A stretch of DNA of 64,000 bases, taken from contig CAWBTT010000001.1 in assembly GCA_963791815.1 (NCBI GenBank), positions 41,720 through 105,719 of the forward strand, given 5' to 3'. Each line of letters starts with the position of its first letter. The stretch's first letter is position 1. The notes under the pieces were generated by a model, which was given only the letters and a program-made list of their open reading frames with translations, searched no databases and had not been told where the DNA came from. This document shows positions 25,865-36,152 of the stretch, piece after piece. This stretch comes from an uncultured Candidatus Micrarchaeota archaeon. GTDB lineage: Archaea; Micrarchaeota; Micrarchaeia; Anstonellales; Bilamarchaeaceae. The position numbers and the translations under genes are program-made.

Positions 25865-27338
25865 CCTTTATCCTCAACTCAAGAAGTTTTGATGACATCA
25901 AAACTATTGGCAAGCCTCCCCCCGGATGGGTGCTGGCCCCGACGAAATAAAGGTTCTTGATTTTCGGGTCTTTGTTCGGGGGGCGGAAAGCGGCCGACTG
26001 CAGAAGGGTCGGTGAAAGGCCGAAGGTGGCGCCTTTTTCAAGATTGAACTCCTCGGCCCAATCCTCCGGGGTAATCATTCGCTCATAAACAATCCTTTGC
26101 CTGATATCTGACATGCCTATTGAAGAGAGCCTGTCAAGAATCCTCTCCCTGAAGGCCTTTTTCTGCTTTTTCCAGTCTACTTTGCCGCTCAAATTCGGAA
26201 CCGGCACAAGCACGTAGATGACAGATTTGCCCTTGGGGGCAAGGGTGGGGTCATGGAGTGATGGATTGGCCACATATACCCCCGGCATCTCAGGCAGGAC
26301 TTTCTTCTTGAAAACATCGTCAAGCAAATCCGTATACTCCAGAGGCAAACTGAAATTGTGGTGCTCTGTTTCGTATGAGCCTTCCACCCCAAGATAAAGC
26401 ATGAATGTCGAGCAGCTTGTAGCAAGGGATTTGATCTTCTTGTCTTTCATATGCGGACGCTGCCGCTCAGGAATGAGCTTAAGGTATGTGTAGGGAAGGT
26501 CCGCATTTGAGATTATTATATCCGCGAACTCTGTTTTTCCATCTTCAAATTCGACCCCTTTGGCAACTCCTCCATCAATGATTATTTTTTTCACTGGTTT
26601 GTTTTTCCTAATTTTGATTTTTTCTTCTCCGCACACCTTTCCCAGCGCATCTGCGACTGAGTAAAGGCCGCCTTCCGGATACCATACCCCCTCAGTAAAT
26701 TCGATATATGGGACAATTCCGTAGACAGAAGGGATGGCATCTGGCCTCTCACCCAGGTAAATGGCCTGGAGCGAGAATGCCATCCTTACGCGGATATCTG
26801 AGAAGTATTGGCCGGTTTTTGAGTATAAATCCGTGAACGCGCCTCCCGAGATGAGCGACATGATTCCGGCAGGAGTGACCAGGTCAAGAGGAGAGTCGAA
26901 ATTCTTCATAATAAACTCATTCATGGCAATGTCATAGTATTTTTCATAGTCTGACATGAATTTTCTGTAATTTGGCGCGTCACCCAGGTTTATTTTTGAT
27001 ATGTTTGAAAACATTGTTTTTGGGAATGCTGATGGCTCTAGAACAGTTCCGTCATCGAAGTAGAGCCGGTACACCGGGTCGAGCTGATTGAGTTTCAAAT
27101 AATCATGGATATTGCGCCCGATATCGGAAAAGAATCCCGTGATAACGCTGGGCATAAGAAGCAGCGTTGGGCCCCGATCTATCCGGAAACCTTTCTCCTG
27201 AAAATTGCTGAGCCGCCCCCCAAGGATATTCCTGCGCTCAAAAATCGTGACATCAACTCCAAGGCGTTTCAACCTCACAGCCGAGGCCATGCCCCCTACT
27301 CCGGCTCCTATGATTATGGCTTTCATCGAGTTATTCAT
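25848..27338 (-). CDS. crtI: phytoene desaturase
   Basis: 496 aa. N-terminal FAD fold KAIIIGAGVGGMASAVRL and C-terminal LYFVGASTHPGGGLP, typical of CrtI. Confidence 0.9.
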   Translation of the reverse strand: MNNSMKAIIIGAGVGGMASAVRLKRLGVDVTIFERRNILGGRLSNFQEKGFRIDRGPTLLLMPSVITGFFSDIGRNIHDYLKLNQLDPVYRLYFDDGTVLEPSAFPKTMFSNISKINLGDAPNYRKFMSDYEKYYDIAMNEFIMKNFDSPLDLVTPAGIMSLISGGAFTDLYSKTGQYFSDIRVRMAFSLQAIYLGERPDAIPSVYGIVPYIEFTEGVWYPEGGLYSVADALGKVCGEEKIKIRKNKPVKKIIIDGGVAKGVEFEDGKTEFADIIISNADLPYTYLKLIPERQRPHMKDKKIKSLATSCSTFMLYLGVEGSYETEHHNFSLPLEYTDLLDDVFKKKVLPEMPGVYVANPSLHDPTLAPKGKSVIYVLVPVPNLSGKVDWKKQKKAFRERILDRLSSIGMSDIRQRIVYERMITPEDWAEEFNLEKGATFGLSPTLLQSAAFRPPNKDPKIKNLYFVGASTHPGGGLPIVLMSSKLLELRIKDDFGV

Positions 27339-27497
27339 TTATTCAATAATTAAAACTCTTTAGGAATTGACTGAAGCATGCCTGAGATTGCAAATCCTTT
27401 TTAAGACAAAATCCATCCAGGAGGGATGGCATGGTTGCTTTATTTGACTCTCCTTGGCTCTTTATTCCACAACCCTAACACTCGGTTGAGGCGGATT

Positions 27498-28244
27498 TCA
27501 TTTCTCCAAAGTGAAAACATCAATCTCATTGTCAGGGTTTGAAGGCGAGGGGAAGTGGAATGTGTCGTGCGAGACCACCTTCAGGCCAGTTGCCTCGATA
27601 AACCTGACCATATCATCAACGCTCCGGAAATATATCTGCCGGTCCAGGCTCCTGATTTTCTCATCGCCACATTCACGGTAATCCAGCTCGGTGAGCGTGA
27701 ATTCTTCGCTCCCATGCGCGAGCCTTATTTCGCCTATCGATGCGTTGTCCTTGAGATAGAACTCATAGAAAGGCTTGTTGAGTGCATTCTCAGCGTTCCT
27801 GAAATTCACTGCTGCCCTGCCCCATGGAACAAGAGATTCCCTTATCGCCGAAAGCATCGAACCTGGCGCATAAACCACCGCATTGACAGCGATTGCGATA
27901 TCAGCAGCCATAGGGAGTGGAGTTCCTTCTCTTACATCGGCTTGGAGGAATCTGACTTGTGGCAGTTCTTTTTTGGCTGAAAGAAGTGAGCGGGAGGAGA
28001 TGTCAAGGCCTATTATTGAGAGCTTTGATGTGTCAAAAAACATAAGCTCATTGGCGTGCCCGCAGGCAACATCAATAAGAACAGGCCTGGCGGTTCTTCC
28101 GATTTGCAATGCCCTCTCGACAAGAGGGGCGTGGAAGCGCCAGAAGTATTCTGGGTTTTTCGATGGGCTGTTTATCTTCTTCTCATATTGCCCTCTGGAA
28201 AATGAGTCATACTGGGGCTTTATTTTGTTCATGTGTTTTATCAT
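27498..28244 (-). CDS. class I SAM-dependent methyltransferase
   Basis: Motif I-like VLIDVACGHANE and overall Rossmann-fold spacing. Substrate unknown. Confidence 0.7.
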   Translation of the reverse strand: MIKHMNKIKPQYDSFSRGQYEKKINSPSKNPEYFWRFHAPLVERALQIGRTARPVLIDVACGHANELMFFDTSKLSIIGLDISSRSLLSAKKELPQVRFLQADVREGTPLPMAADIAIAVNAVVYAPGSMLSAIRESLVPWGRAAVNFRNAENALNKPFYEFYLKDNASIGEIRLAHGSEEFTLTELDYRECGDEKIRSLDRQIYFRSVDDMVRFIEATGLKVVSHDTFHFPSPSNPDNEIDVFTLEK

Positions 28245-28306
28245 TATAAGAAGTTATTATAAATGAGTATTAGTGCACATAATCAAAAAGGGATATAAAT
28301 TTTCTA

Positions 28307-29017
28307 ATGCATCTCAAAATCATGGACAGGCTCAACAGATCGGGCTGGATTTATCTATTCAAGTCGCTGCTTTCCCCATTCATCATAGGGCTCATCTTTT
28401 TCTGGGCAGCGGGGACGACAGATGTCCCAAGAGGATGGCTATTCCTTGGAATGAGCGCAATCCACATTTGGGCAAGCGCGATTATCCTCGCGATTTACAA
28501 TCCTGTAGTCTGCAATGAAAGGCAGGACTGGATGAAGAAAAAGGACACCAAGAAATGGGACCCCTACATCGTCATTACGTATGGCCTGCTGCAGTTCTAT
28601 ATACAGACATATCTGATGGGCCTGGATGTCGCAAACGGCTGGTCATATCTGGGAATGGAATTTGTGGTTCCAGGTATTGCCATATTCATCGCTTCGATTG
28701 TCCTGATTGTCTGGGCAATGACAGAGAACAGGTTCTTTGAGGTCACTGTAAGGATACAGAAGGACAGGGACCAGAAGGTGATTTCCAGCGGGCCATACCG
28801 CCATGTGAGGCACCCTGGCTATGTGGCCGTAATCCTCTGGGCTTTCGCAGGTCCTTTGATTGTTGGTTCATTGATAGGGCTGATACCTGGATTGCTGGTT
28901 ACGGCAATTATGATATTCAGGACGCATCTTGAAGATAAAACACTGCAGAAAGAATTGAAGGGGTACAAAGAATATGCAAAAAAAGTAAGATACAGACTCC
29001 TTCCTGGAGTTTGGTGA
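28307..29017 (+). CDS. isoprenylcysteine carboxyl / phospholipid methyltransferase family membrane protein
   Basis: Polytopic. C-terminal GPYRHVRHPGYVAVILW...E matches the ICMT/PEMT signature. Confidence 0.75.
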   Translation: MHLKIMDRLNRSGWIYLFKSLLSPFIIGLIFFWAAGTTDVPRGWLFLGMSAIHIWASAIILAIYNPVVCNERQDWMKKKDTKKWDPYIVITYGLLQFYIQTYLMGLDVANGWSYLGMEFVVPGIAIFIASIVLIVWAMTENRFFEVTVRIQKDRDQKVISSGPYRHVRHPGYVAVILWAFAGPLIVGSLIGLIPGLLVTAIMIFRTHLEDKTLQKELKGYKEYAKKVRYRLLPGVW

Positions 29018-29899
29018 CTACTGCGGTATCGCAAGAACCGCGATATTGGCGGTGCTCCGGACTTTTTCATCAGGGTCGCTTTCAGCTACTTCCCTGAGCC
29101 TCGGAACTGTGGATGGCTCAGCAATCATCCCAAGAACCCATGCTGAGCGCTCGCGGACCTTTGAGTCATCATGTGTCAATGAGTTGAGAACTTCCGGAAC
29201 TACCGGCGTTCCTATTTCACCAAGGACCCTCGCGCATTTCTTGCCGAGCGCCGAATCTGATAAACATGAAATCAGGCCAGAAACTGCCGGCATGCCGATT
29301 GCGACTAAAGCCTCTGATGCGCTTTGACGCATCTCATCATTGCCAAGGAGCTTTACGAGCGGCTCGACCGCCGTCTCATCCCCAAGAACTCTAAGAGCCC
29401 ATGCGGCCGATTTCCTTACCTCTGTTTTCTCATGTGTTAGATTCTCAAGAAGAGCAGGGACTGTTTTTGAGAGCACTTTGCTGCCAGGCATCTTGTTAGC
29501 GACGCTCTCAAGAGTAAATGCCGCAGATTCGCGGACCTGCCAGTCATCATCTGCAAGAAGGCTGATGAATGTTGGCGCGGCTTTCTCAAGAATTCCAACG
29601 CCTTGATTCAGTTCTGCGATTTCACCTGCAAGCTTGAGTGCTGGAAGGCGCATATCACCATCCATAGAATCGATAAGTCCTGGAACGGCCGGGCCGCCCA
29701 TTTCAATGATTTTTGCCCGCGCATCTGCATTTCCGCTCTTTACAAGAGGAAGCAGCCTGAGGACTTTTGCTCGCTCGGCCTGCTGAAGATGCGTTGCATC
29801 CCTCGGAGGCTCATTATGCGGTGTTCCGCACGCTGTGAGCGCTATGGCCGCAGTAAAAACGTATCTTGACAATGCCCTACCCATTTGAAGTTTTCTCAT
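29018..29899 (-). CDS. HEAT-repeat (PBS-lyase-like) lipobox protein
   Basis: Signal peptide with ALTAC, followed by repeated ...AVPALIxxLxDxDxxVRxxAAxALGxIG...-type units (for example DDWQVRESAAFTLESV and EVRKSAAWALRVLGDE). Confidence 0.7.
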   Translation of the reverse strand: MRKLQMGRALSRYVFTAAIALTACGTPHNEPPRDATHLQQAERAKVLRLLPLVKSGNADARAKIIEMGGPAVPGLIDSMDGDMRLPALKLAGEIAELNQGVGILEKAAPTFISLLADDDWQVRESAAFTLESVANKMPGSKVLSKTVPALLENLTHEKTEVRKSAAWALRVLGDETAVEPLVKLLGNDEMRQSASEALVAIGMPAVSGLISCLSDSALGKKCARVLGEIGTPVVPEVLNSLTHDDSKVRERSAWVLGMIAEPSTVPRLREVAESDPDEKVRSTANIAVLAIPQ

Positions 29900-29934
29900 A
29901 AATATATCCCACTAATATATATAATTAGCAACGT

Positions 29935-30996
29935 TTAAAAAAGAATTTCACGATAAAGCGCCAGATAATCAGAGATTGTTTTGCCTAAATCATAGGTTTT
30001 CATGTATTCTTTTCCACGAGAAATGATTTTTTTGCGTGTTTTTTCATCATGCAAAGCAGTCCGGATTCCTTCTGCAAGCGCTTTCGGGTTTCTTTCAACG
30101 AAAACCCCCGCTCCGTCGTACAATCCTTTCCAGAATGGCATGTCAAATGCTATAACGGGAACTTCACACGCAAGCGATTCTGCGAACACTGTGCCGAAAA
30201 CCTCATACAAGGATGGCATGACAACCGCGTCAGCGGATTTCTGAATCATGCATTTTTTGTTCCAGTCCAGTTTCCCAAGGAATTCTATGTTTTTCCCTGC
30301 CGCCATCTTTTCATATTTTTGCCGGTCAGGCCCATCCCCAATCACAAGAAGCCTTGTGTTTTCAAGATAATCCATTGCTTTTATCAGGTAGGAGACCCCT
30401 TTGGACCTTTCATGGAGCCTGCCAAGGTAAACAATTACTTTTTCTGAATTTGTTTTCAACTCTGTTTTCTGGACATTCTGGAAATGCTGAGCATCAACGC
30501 CGGTGTAAATCGTCCGGACATTGTCAAGGGAATACTTTTCACGCAGCTGCTCTTCCTGATATTTTGTGCACGCAACAAGAACATCAAGTTCTTTGAAAGC
30601 TTTTTTGTCAAGCAGCGAGACATACCTGCAGAAGGCTGATTCTGCTGCTTTTGAAATTATGTTCGATGGGGGGGAAAGCTCAAGGTAGGAATCAGCAAAG
30701 AAATGCGCTGTTGCTATCTTTGGCTTTCTTATGGATGAGCCTGCCGGGGCAAGGGCAGCGTTCAGGAAATGGACCGCGTCATAACCATGGAATTTTTTCA
30801 GATTCGAAGAAACGTTGTGAAGAAGGGGATACCTTGAATAGTATTCGAATTGCCCGGCAATTCCGCCCATAGACTGTTTTACTGAGCAGAGCTGAACGCT
30901 GTTTCCGCTCCCCTCAAGGGCGTGTTTCATATTGTTAAAGAAGGTTGTTTCTCCGCTTACGGAATCATAGGAATTGTAGCAGAGAAGAATGTTCAT
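29935..30996 (-). CDS. GT-B glycosyltransferase (CAZy GT4-like, Glycos_transf_1)
   Basis: 353 aa. C-terminal SLYEVFGTVFAESLACEVPVIAF contains the E-x7-E motif region. Confidence 0.85.
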   Translation of the reverse strand: MNILLCYNSYDSVSGETTFFNNMKHALEGSGNSVQLCSVKQSMGGIAGQFEYYSRYPLLHNVSSNLKKFHGYDAVHFLNAALAPAGSSIRKPKIATAHFFADSYLELSPPSNIISKAAESAFCRYVSLLDKKAFKELDVLVACTKYQEEQLREKYSLDNVRTIYTGVDAQHFQNVQKTELKTNSEKVIVYLGRLHERSKGVSYLIKAMDYLENTRLLVIGDGPDRQKYEKMAAGKNIEFLGKLDWNKKCMIQKSADAVVMPSLYEVFGTVFAESLACEVPVIAFDMPFWKGLYDGAGVFVERNPKALAEGIRTALHDEKTRKKIISRGKEYMKTYDLGKTISDYLALYREILF

Positions 30997-31023
30997 TGTA
31001 GAGTAAATAGAAAAAAGAAGAAT

Positions 31024-34000
31024 TTATTTCTTCCTGCCAGCGCCCCTTCTCCAGACTATCACTCCAGCCAGCAGGAGTGCAAGCAGGAGCACCAGGAAGA
31101 TAAGGCTTATTGTCTCGTCAAGGACCTGCGTGTCAGGCACATCCTCACCAGAAACCGGCTTTGGCAGAGCGTTCACCTTGATGGTCTCTACTGGCTCCCC
31201 GTCCTTAAGCAGAGTAAGTTCATATGGACCCTCAAGGTTCAAGGGAAGCGTCAGTTTCCCGTTTGAGTCTGTCCTTCCGTTCAGTATCCTGCCATCAGGA
31301 AGCTTAATCTGCACTTCGCAGTTCGCGCATACGCCGCCGCCCTCAGTCGCGTTTACAGTGATTTCCTCGCCTACAAACGCTGATTCTGGACCCTCAAGGT
31401 CGCGTGTTGGTTCACAGAGATTGTCTTGGCACACATAGCCTTCTGGGCAGTCTGGGCAGCCTTCCTCATCACCGCACTCATACTGGACCCACTCGTGGTC
31501 ATCTGCCATTCCGCAGAGGCCGGTCACATCTTCGCAGAATCCTGAATTAGCGCCCTCAGCTATGTTGCAGTATTCGGAGCTCTCACATTCCTCATCAGTT
31601 GTGCACCCCTCATCCTCAACACATTTGTTGTCAACGCAAGACTCAAGCATCTTGCAGTCAGAATCAGAGCAGCATTCGTACGGATTGCACGTGTGATTTT
31701 GCACATAGCCGCATGAGCAGTCGACTGGCTGGCACATGTTGTTCAGGCATTGTTCATTGTCCAGGCACTCGGCATCCTCAATGCACCCGAGTTCGCACTC
31801 GCTGCAAAGCACAAGAGTTTTTACTGTATCAGCTGACTGGTAGCCTGTTTTTGATGCCAGAATCTTCACCGGAATTCCGCATCCGACAAAGCCGAACTCG
31901 CCGCTGCTGTTGGTCGAGCCTATCGCGACATCGTAGAGCTGGTCCTTGTGGAAGACCTGCACACTGGCACCCTCAATGTCGTTTCCGTTTGAGGTTATCG
32001 TAACAACGCTGCCATTGCAGTTTGAGGAGAAGCTTATTTGGAGTTCATCTTCAGGACCAACTCCCCCGTCATCGTCATCGCCACCAATGAACTCAAAGAG
32101 GCCGACGATTGTACTTTCAGTGATTGCCTCATATGAGAGCTCATTGTTTGTCTCATTAGGAGTGCTGTTCATCCAAAGCCAAGTTCCATTGTCATAGAGG
32201 GCAAGCCTCAGTTTTGGTTCCAGGTAATCTGGCTCAAGTTCTGATTCGAGCCAGTACATACCAAGCCAGTCTATTGAGACTCCGCTTGTCAGGTTGGTAA
32301 TCCCAAGGAACTTCCCATTGAATGAGCGGAAGTATGTGGGATCTGGCCCTGGAGCAGCTACCCACTCAAGACTGTAAGCAGATGCCACCATATCATCAAC
32401 CGAAACGTTGGAGTAGTTCGTCAGGTTTCCAGCGTCATTGTCTATTATCACGTTATTGAGCGTGACCATTATTCCGCTTCCGTCAATCACAACATCCGGC
32501 GCTGCATTGTTGAAGTAGTGGTCATTGGTAACAACGGTGTTGTTCGAGTCCCGAATTCCCAGTCCCACACCCCAATTGACATCTGGGTGGCCATGGGCAG
32601 TGTTGTCCATGAGGACAGTGTTGTCTGCCGAATTGATGTTGAATCCAGCCTCGCCATTGCCATATGCGGTGTTGTCAGCGAACGTGTTTCCAGGAGACTG
32701 GAATGCAATGAATCCGCTGAGGTCATTGTTGTAAGCAGTATTGTTTGTTATGTTATTTGCGCTGCTTGTGCTCTGGCTTACCGATATTCCGTTTCCTCCC
32801 TGCTGGTTGTAGGCTGTATTGTTTACTATATCATTGTTGTCCGAATCAGAAGTCACCCCAATACCATCATTGACATTGGCGAACATCTCGTTCCTGAAAA
32901 TGTCGTTGTTGTCTGAGTTGTAGAGATAAACTCCGTCCCTTCCGTTGCGGCACATGACTGAGTCAGCGATTGTGTTGGAATTTGCTCCGTCAAGGTGAAC
33001 TCCCTGCGCATTGTTGTCGCAGAAGTAAGATGGGTCAACCAGGTTTCCGGTTGCAGATTCCATCCTAAGGCCATCATCGTTATTCGAACCATTGACGTTG
33101 ATGAAGAAGTTGTTGTTTGACTGGTTTGCAAAGAAGCCGATGTTGTTCTGGTCGGCGTTGCACCCCGTCAGGTTGTGGCTTCCTCCCTGGTCCAGGTGGA
33201 AACCAATGGTCTGTACCGGGCCTGTGGCGTTGCAGTTAAGGAATGTATTTCCACTGCTTGTAGTTGTCCTGAAACCATCAAAGACATTGTTGAAGGCGAT
33301 GCTGTCCACAAAGCGGTTGTTGTCTGAATTTTGGATGTAGTATCCCATCTGCTGGTTTGATGCTGCGTTGTTGTCAGTCAGGTTGTTGTTGTCTGAGTTG
33401 CTCAGGTAGAAGCCGTAGAAACCGTTTGCTTCTGAGTAACTATTCTCAACAACATTGTTGTTGCTGCTCGAATCCAGGATGAAGCCGTGTTGGGCGTTGT
33501 TGTATGCGCTGCTGTCCAGTATCGCTCCGTCGCTTGTCTGGTAGTAATATACCCCCCTCGTATAGTCTGACATGTTCGGGCAGTTGCGGACAGTCACGTT
33601 TGTGAAAGTGCCGTTTGAGACTACTGCGTGTGTCAGGCCCCCGGTGCCGTTGTTGGTTATGCTGTATCCGTCGCAGTCAAAGACAACATCGGATGATGCA
33701 ATCTTGATGCACGCGGTTCCGACTATCGGGGTTGCGTTGTTTGTTGAACCCTCGATGTCGTCAGTAAGTGTGTATGTTCCTGCCGAAGTAATCGGAGCAG
33801 GACATGCCCCCCCTGCAAGAATCGCGAACGTGCTGAAACTTGAGAGGTCCTCAAGCGAAAGCTCGTTGTTCACAGTGTCAGGCGTCCCGTTCAGGAGTGA
33901 CCAGGTTCCGCTGTAATCCCAGAGCTGCAGCATTGACTCGTCAAATCCTGGGAGTTCTGCAGTATTCCAGTGCCAGGTTATATCCTCTATTGTGTCTGCT

Positions 34001-36099
34001 GAGCCAGTATCATCTATCTCAATGAACTTCTGGTTGAAGCTCACCATCGGGAATGGGAGCGCTGCAGGCTGATTGTCCCAATCCATAGTATATGTGTCAT
34101 TGGTCGAGTCAGATAGGGATATGTTAGTGTAGTTGGTGTAGGTTCCGTCCGAGTCAAACACCACGCCGTCCATAGTGTAGTCAAGATTTAGAGAGGTTCC
34201 GGCGGCGCCCAAGTCCTCCCCGTTTCCATAAAGGTGGTCGTTGTGCAATCCAACTTTCGAGCTGTCCCGTAGCTGAACACCATAAGCTGAATTGTCATAT
34301 ATTTCATTGTCAAAGAGCTGGGCGTCATTAGAGTTCCAGTAAATCTCGATTCCGTCCGGGTTGTCGTGAAGTCTGTTCGCTGTTATGTTAGTGTATTCTG
34401 AAGAGAACAGATAGATTCCCGAATTTCCGTTTGAGTAAGCGTCGTTGTCAAAGATCGTCGTAAAGTCAGATCCGGTGCTAAGCCAGATACCATGGTTGTT
34501 GTCAGTTACATCATTCCCGCTAAGGCGGTTGTGGTCTGCGGAGAAAAGACGAATTCCCTCGTTTGTGTTGGATGAGCAGTTGTTGCCGGTAGCGTTGTTG
34601 TATTCCGAGTTGGAGAGCATCAAACCAATGTTTGAGTTGTCAAGGGCATCGTTTCCTGTGATGCGGTTGTAGTCGCTTGTGCTAAGATAGAATCCTTCAG
34701 CGTTTCTCTCTGCCGTGTTTGATGTGAGGTCAAGGTCAGTTGAGTTGCCAATATAGAATCCCCGGACATTGTCAGCTGCGTAGTTGTTGTCCAGCGTGCT
34801 GCTGTCCATGGAATCTATGTGGAATCCGTTCTGCCCATTTATCGAACCGTTGCAGCCAATAAAGTCATTGTCATAAAGGCCCACCGAGGCGTTCGAGCGG
34901 TATGCATAGAACCCATGCTCAGTGTTGCTGTATGAATCAACATTGTTGATTTCATTTCCAGTTGCCGGTCTTGGGGATCCTGGACCTTCGCTTGGCGGGA
35001 TATAATAATTTGTTATTGCAACCCCTGAGAGTGTGTTCGAATATGCGTCACTGTTTGAGAGGGTGTTGTTGGTCGAGCCATTAATCAGGTATCCATAAGC
35101 ACCGTTACTGTATGAGTCGCAGTTTGTCACAGTGTTGTTGTTGCCCTGGATGTTTACACCGCTCTGGCCGTTCCCAGTCGCGAGACAGTTGACTGTAGCG
35201 TCAACGCCGTATATCGAGAAACCATGTTCCCCGTTGTTGGTCGCGTTGTTATCAGTAAGGCTGTTGCCCACTCCGCCAACTCCGAATCCGTTTTCAGTGT
35301 TGCTCTCGGCAAGGTTGTCAGTGAATACATTGCTCTGGCCGCCGATTGAGAAACCGTCCTCAGTATTGCCGTAGGCGTAATTGTCGGTAAACACGTTGTT
35401 GTCGCCGAAATTTATGAATCCGATGTCATTCCCTGAAGAGTGGCAGTTTGTGACGAGGTTGTTCACGCCCTGGATTTCAGTTCCCCATAGGGTTGAGTCC
35501 GTTGTGTTGCAGTCAGAAATATTGTTGCCGTTAGTATCTACATTTATTCCGAAGGTATCCCCCTCAGTATAAACTCTTGTGATGACATTGTTGTTCGAAC
35601 CCTGCAGAAGGGTCAGCGTGGAATAGCCGTCATATCCATTGATATCTGATATCTGGTTGTTTGTCGAGTTGTACCTAAGGTACATTCCATTTTCCGGATA
35701 ACTGTTGTATATAGTAATATTAGAGAACTGGCTGTTTGATGTGTTCCAGATTTCAACATGGTGGGAGTAGCCTGTTATGTTCGGGCAGTTCCGCACGGTG
35801 ATATTGGTGATTTTTGCCGATGAATTGTCATTGACAAAAATACCGTATCTTGCCTGCGGCGGAAGGGCGGCGTTGTAATCTATCGAATAACCATGGCAGT
35901 CCAATAGGACATCGGAGCTACGGACCACTATGCACGCGCTGCCTAACCCTGCCGGCACTCCCGCACCAGTCAGGTCGTTAATCATGTCATATGTCCCGGT
36001 GGACGTGATTGCCTGGCATGATGAAACATCAACAGAAAAAACCAGGCCGCTAAAGGCCAAAAGAATCATAAATACAACAATATTTCTCGACATGACCAT
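31024..36099 (-). CDS. giant surface protein: two parallel beta-helix (PbH1/NosD-like) modules, Cys-rich modules, Ig/CarboxypepD_reg-like domains, C-terminal TM anchor
   Basis: 1691 aa. Signal peptide. Dozens of N/G/S-rich approximately 22-aa beta-helix rungs (..NxIxxNxxxxNxxxGIxLxxS..). The module CxxITSxGTYxL...ACI...DCxGYSI occurs twice. GGDDDDGG linker. C-terminal LIFLVLLLALLLAGVIVWRRGAGRKK. Confidence 0.85.
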   Translation of the reverse strand: MVMSRNIVVFMILLAFSGLVFSVDVSSCQAITSTGTYDMINDLTGAGVPAGLGSACIVVRSSDVLLDCHGYSIDYNAALPPQARYGIFVNDNSSAKITNITVRNCPNITGYSHHVEIWNTSNSQFSNITIYNSYPENGMYLRYNSTNNQISDINGYDGYSTLTLLQGSNNNVITRVYTEGDTFGINVDTNGNNISDCNTTDSTLWGTEIQGVNNLVTNCHSSGNDIGFINFGDNNVFTDNYAYGNTEDGFSIGGQSNVFTDNLAESNTENGFGVGGVGNSLTDNNATNNGEHGFSIYGVDATVNCLATGNGQSGVNIQGNNNTVTNCDSYSNGAYGYLINGSTNNTLSNSDAYSNTLSGVAITNYYIPPSEGPGSPRPATGNEINNVDSYSNTEHGFYAYRSNASVGLYDNDFIGCNGSINGQNGFHIDSMDSSTLDNNYAADNVRGFYIGNSTDLDLTSNTAERNAEGFYLSTSDYNRITGNDALDNSNIGLMLSNSEYNNATGNNCSSNTNEGIRLFSADHNRLSGNDVTDNNHGIWLSTGSDFTTIFDNDAYSNGNSGIYLFSSEYTNITANRLHDNPDGIEIYWNSNDAQLFDNEIYDNSAYGVQLRDSSKVGLHNDHLYGNGEDLGAAGTSLNLDYTMDGVVFDSDGTYTNYTNISLSDSTNDTYTMDWDNQPAALPFPMVSFNQKFIEIDDTGSADTIEDITWHWNTAELPGFDESMLQLWDYSGTWSLLNGTPDTVNNELSLEDLSSFSTFAILAGGACPAPITSAGTYTLTDDIEGSTNNATPIVGTACIKIASSDVVFDCDGYSITNNGTGGLTHAVVSNGTFTNVTVRNCPNMSDYTRGVYYYQTSDGAILDSSAYNNAQHGFILDSSSNNNVVENSYSEANGFYGFYLSNSDNNNLTDNNAASNQQMGYYIQNSDNNRFVDSIAFNNVFDGFRTTTSSGNTFLNCNATGPVQTIGFHLDQGGSHNLTGCNADQNNIGFFANQSNNNFFINVNGSNNDDGLRMESATGNLVDPSYFCDNNAQGVHLDGANSNTIADSVMCRNGRDGVYLYNSDNNDIFRNEMFANVNDGIGVTSDSDNNDIVNNTAYNQQGGNGISVSQSTSSANNITNNTAYNNDLSGFIAFQSPGNTFADNTAYGNGEAGFNINSADNTVLMDNTAHGHPDVNWGVGLGIRDSNNTVVTNDHYFNNAAPDVVIDGSGIMVTLNNVIIDNDAGNLTNYSNVSVDDMVASAYSLEWVAAPGPDPTYFRSFNGKFLGITNLTSGVSIDWLGMYWLESELEPDYLEPKLRLALYDNGTWLWMNSTPNETNNELSYEAITESTIVGLFEFIGGDDDDGGVGPEDELQISFSSNCNGSVVTITSNGNDIEGASVQVFHKDQLYDVAIGSTNSSGEFGFVGCGIPVKILASKTGYQSADTVKTLVLCSECELGCIEDAECLDNEQCLNNMCQPVDCSCGYVQNHTCNPYECCSDSDCKMLESCVDNKCVEDEGCTTDEECESSEYCNIAEGANSGFCEDVTGLCGMADDHEWVQYECGDEEGCPDCPEGYVCQDNLCEPTRDLEGPESAFVGEEITVNATEGGGVCANCEVQIKLPDGRILNGRTDSNGKLTLPLNLEGPYELTLLKDGEPVETIKVNALPKPVSGEDVPDTQVLDETISLIFLVLLLALLLAGVIVWRRGAGRKK

Positions 36100-36152
36100 G
36101 AATCGAAAGAATAGTTTAATAATATTGCGAAAAGGAAAAAAAAGAAAATTCG

